Source: Spongospora subterranea f. sp. subterranea
Taxonomy: Eukaryota
Assembly (NCBI GenBank): GCA_049724395.1
Contig: JAUGWO010000064.1
Coordinates: 62,001 to 126,000, forward strand
DNA: 64,000 bases
Direction of reading: 5' to 3'
The position numbers were made by a program, and so were the translations under genes. The notes beneath the pieces were generated by a model. It searched no databases. It was not told where the DNA came from and worked only from the letters and a program-made list of their open reading frames with translations. The first letter of the stretch is position 1. Each line of letters starts with the position of its first letter. Shown here piece after piece: positions 62,933-64,000 of this stretch.

Positions 62933-63475
62933 ATGACGAAATACAGCTGGACGGCTCCCGTCGCCGAGAAGTCAACTCGCGCCTCAGGCGCCTACCTCCG
63001 TGTTCATTTCAAGAACACCCATGAGGCCGCCCGCGCCCTCAAAAACATGACTTTACCGGCCGCTCAACAGTACATGAACGCCGTTATTGAGCACAAGGAC
63101 GTCGTCCCGTTCCGCCACTTCAACGGCGGTGTCGGCCGCCACGCCCAGAGCAAAAAATACGGCGTCGCCCAGTCCCGTTGGCCCGAGAAATCGTGCCGAT
63201 TCCTGCTGGGATTGCTGGCCAACGCGTCCAGCAACGCCGAGGCGCAAGGACTCGACCCCAAGACCATGATCATCTCCCATATCCAGGTCAACCAGGCGCC
63301 CATGCAGCGCCGGCGCACGTACCGGGCCCACGGTCGTATCAACCCGTTCATGGCCTGCCCCAGCCACATCGAGATGGTCTGCACCCAGAAGAATTCCCAG
63401 GTTAAGAAGGCGGACGGCTGCCAGCCCAAGCAGCCCCGTAAGCGCGTCCTCAAACAAGCCCAGACCGGATTTTAA
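62933..63475 (+). CDS. RPL17: 60S ribosomal protein L17 (uL22), no intron in the CDS
   Basis: LRVHFKNTHEAA...VPFRHFNGGVGRHAQ...RWPEKS...HIQVNQAPMQRRRTYRAHGRINPFM. Confidence 0.98.
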   Translation: MTKYSWTAPVAEKSTRASGAYLRVHFKNTHEAARALKNMTLPAAQQYMNAVIEHKDVVPFRHFNGGVGRHAQSKKYGVAQSRWPEKSCRFLLGLLANASSNAEAQGLDPKTMIISHIQVNQAPMQRRRTYRAHGRINPFMACPSHIEMVCTQKNSQVKKADGCQPKQPRKRVLKQAQTGF

Positions 63476-63616
63476 TCAGCGATCGTCAATAAAAACCTGT
63501 TAAATTTTGCATTTTCCCACATGGTTTTTTATCGCCATCTGTGTGACCGGTTTTATGTTATCAATTGGAGCGACCCTTCAGTGAGATATTGACGGTTGTC
63601 AGAAGGCGATCGGGTT

Positions 63617-64000
63617 ATGGCGCGATGGTCGATCCTGTATTATTACCTGTATGGCTGGCGAAGGTTTCGCTCGATCCTGCTCCAGGGCCTGCTGGTCAAC
63701 TATCTCCTGCCCAGCGTCGCCGAGTTCCTGCCCTGGTACTTGTCGCGGCGAAAACTCGGGCAACGTCTGCGCCGACAGCGCACCGCCATTGAACACTCCC
63801 TGATCGCCGAGGGAATCTATTCCAAAGCCGCGTTGTTCTCGTATTTTGTCGACGCGATCATATTCGGAATCATGTGCGCCATCGACACCTATATGCGCGT
63901 TCACATATCGGATCAGGCGCGAGCGCTGATCGAACGGCAAATGATCGAACGGATCATGTCCAGCGATGTTCAGGCGATCTCGACCATCTACAAACGCGTT
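63617..64000 (+). CDS. Probable membrane protein, 5' part (runs off the window)
   Basis: An open frame from ATG 63617 to the window end (MARWSILYYYLYGWRRFRSILLQGLLVNYLLP...ALFSYFVDAIIFGIMCAIDTY...) has two hydrophobic segments. It is absent from the ORF track because it has no stop. Confidence 0.55.
   Translation, partial: MARWSILYYYLYGWRRFRSILLQGLLVNYLLPSVAEFLPWYLSRRKLGQRLRRQRTAIEHSLIAEGIYSKAALFSYFVDAIIFGIMCAIDTYMRVHISDQARALIERQMIERIMSSDVQAISTIYKRV

Noticed and set aside
63053..63457. Antisense and alternate-frame ORFs over RPL17
   Set aside because: Shadow ORFs caused by the GC-rich codon bias of RPL17.

Overview
Intron-rich eukaryotic genomic DNA with short GT-AG introns. PA28 and the gene style suggest a protist rather than yeast, but the taxon cannot be established from this window. 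Recognisable host genes: a RasGAP-like/VPS9 GEF, a PKA regulatory subunit, PA28, a His-rich secreted peptide, a Dug2-like WD40-SAM-M20 protein, mitochondrial uS5, a DH-PH RhoGEF and RPL17. Two accessory zones lie between them. At 6-17 kb there are nested IS630/Tc1-like, mariner and PIF/Harbinger remnants, several folded into long diverged palindromes. At 30-56 kb an unknown gene X is split by an ~18.5 kb insert made largely of inverted tandem ~3.35 kb copies of its own locus, including the uS5m promoter and 5' exons. Most notable: (1) a single-chain double PKA-R (one D/D domain, two pseudosubstrate sites, four cyclic-nucleotide-binding domains); (2) the self-inserted inverted amplicon; (3) a 127-aa spliced protein with a probable signal peptide, ending in a natural poly-His tail; (4) a SAM domain inside a Dug2-like pseudo-peptidase; (5) recurrent fold-back duplication of transposon fragments. 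Exon boundaries were read by eye and are approximate.
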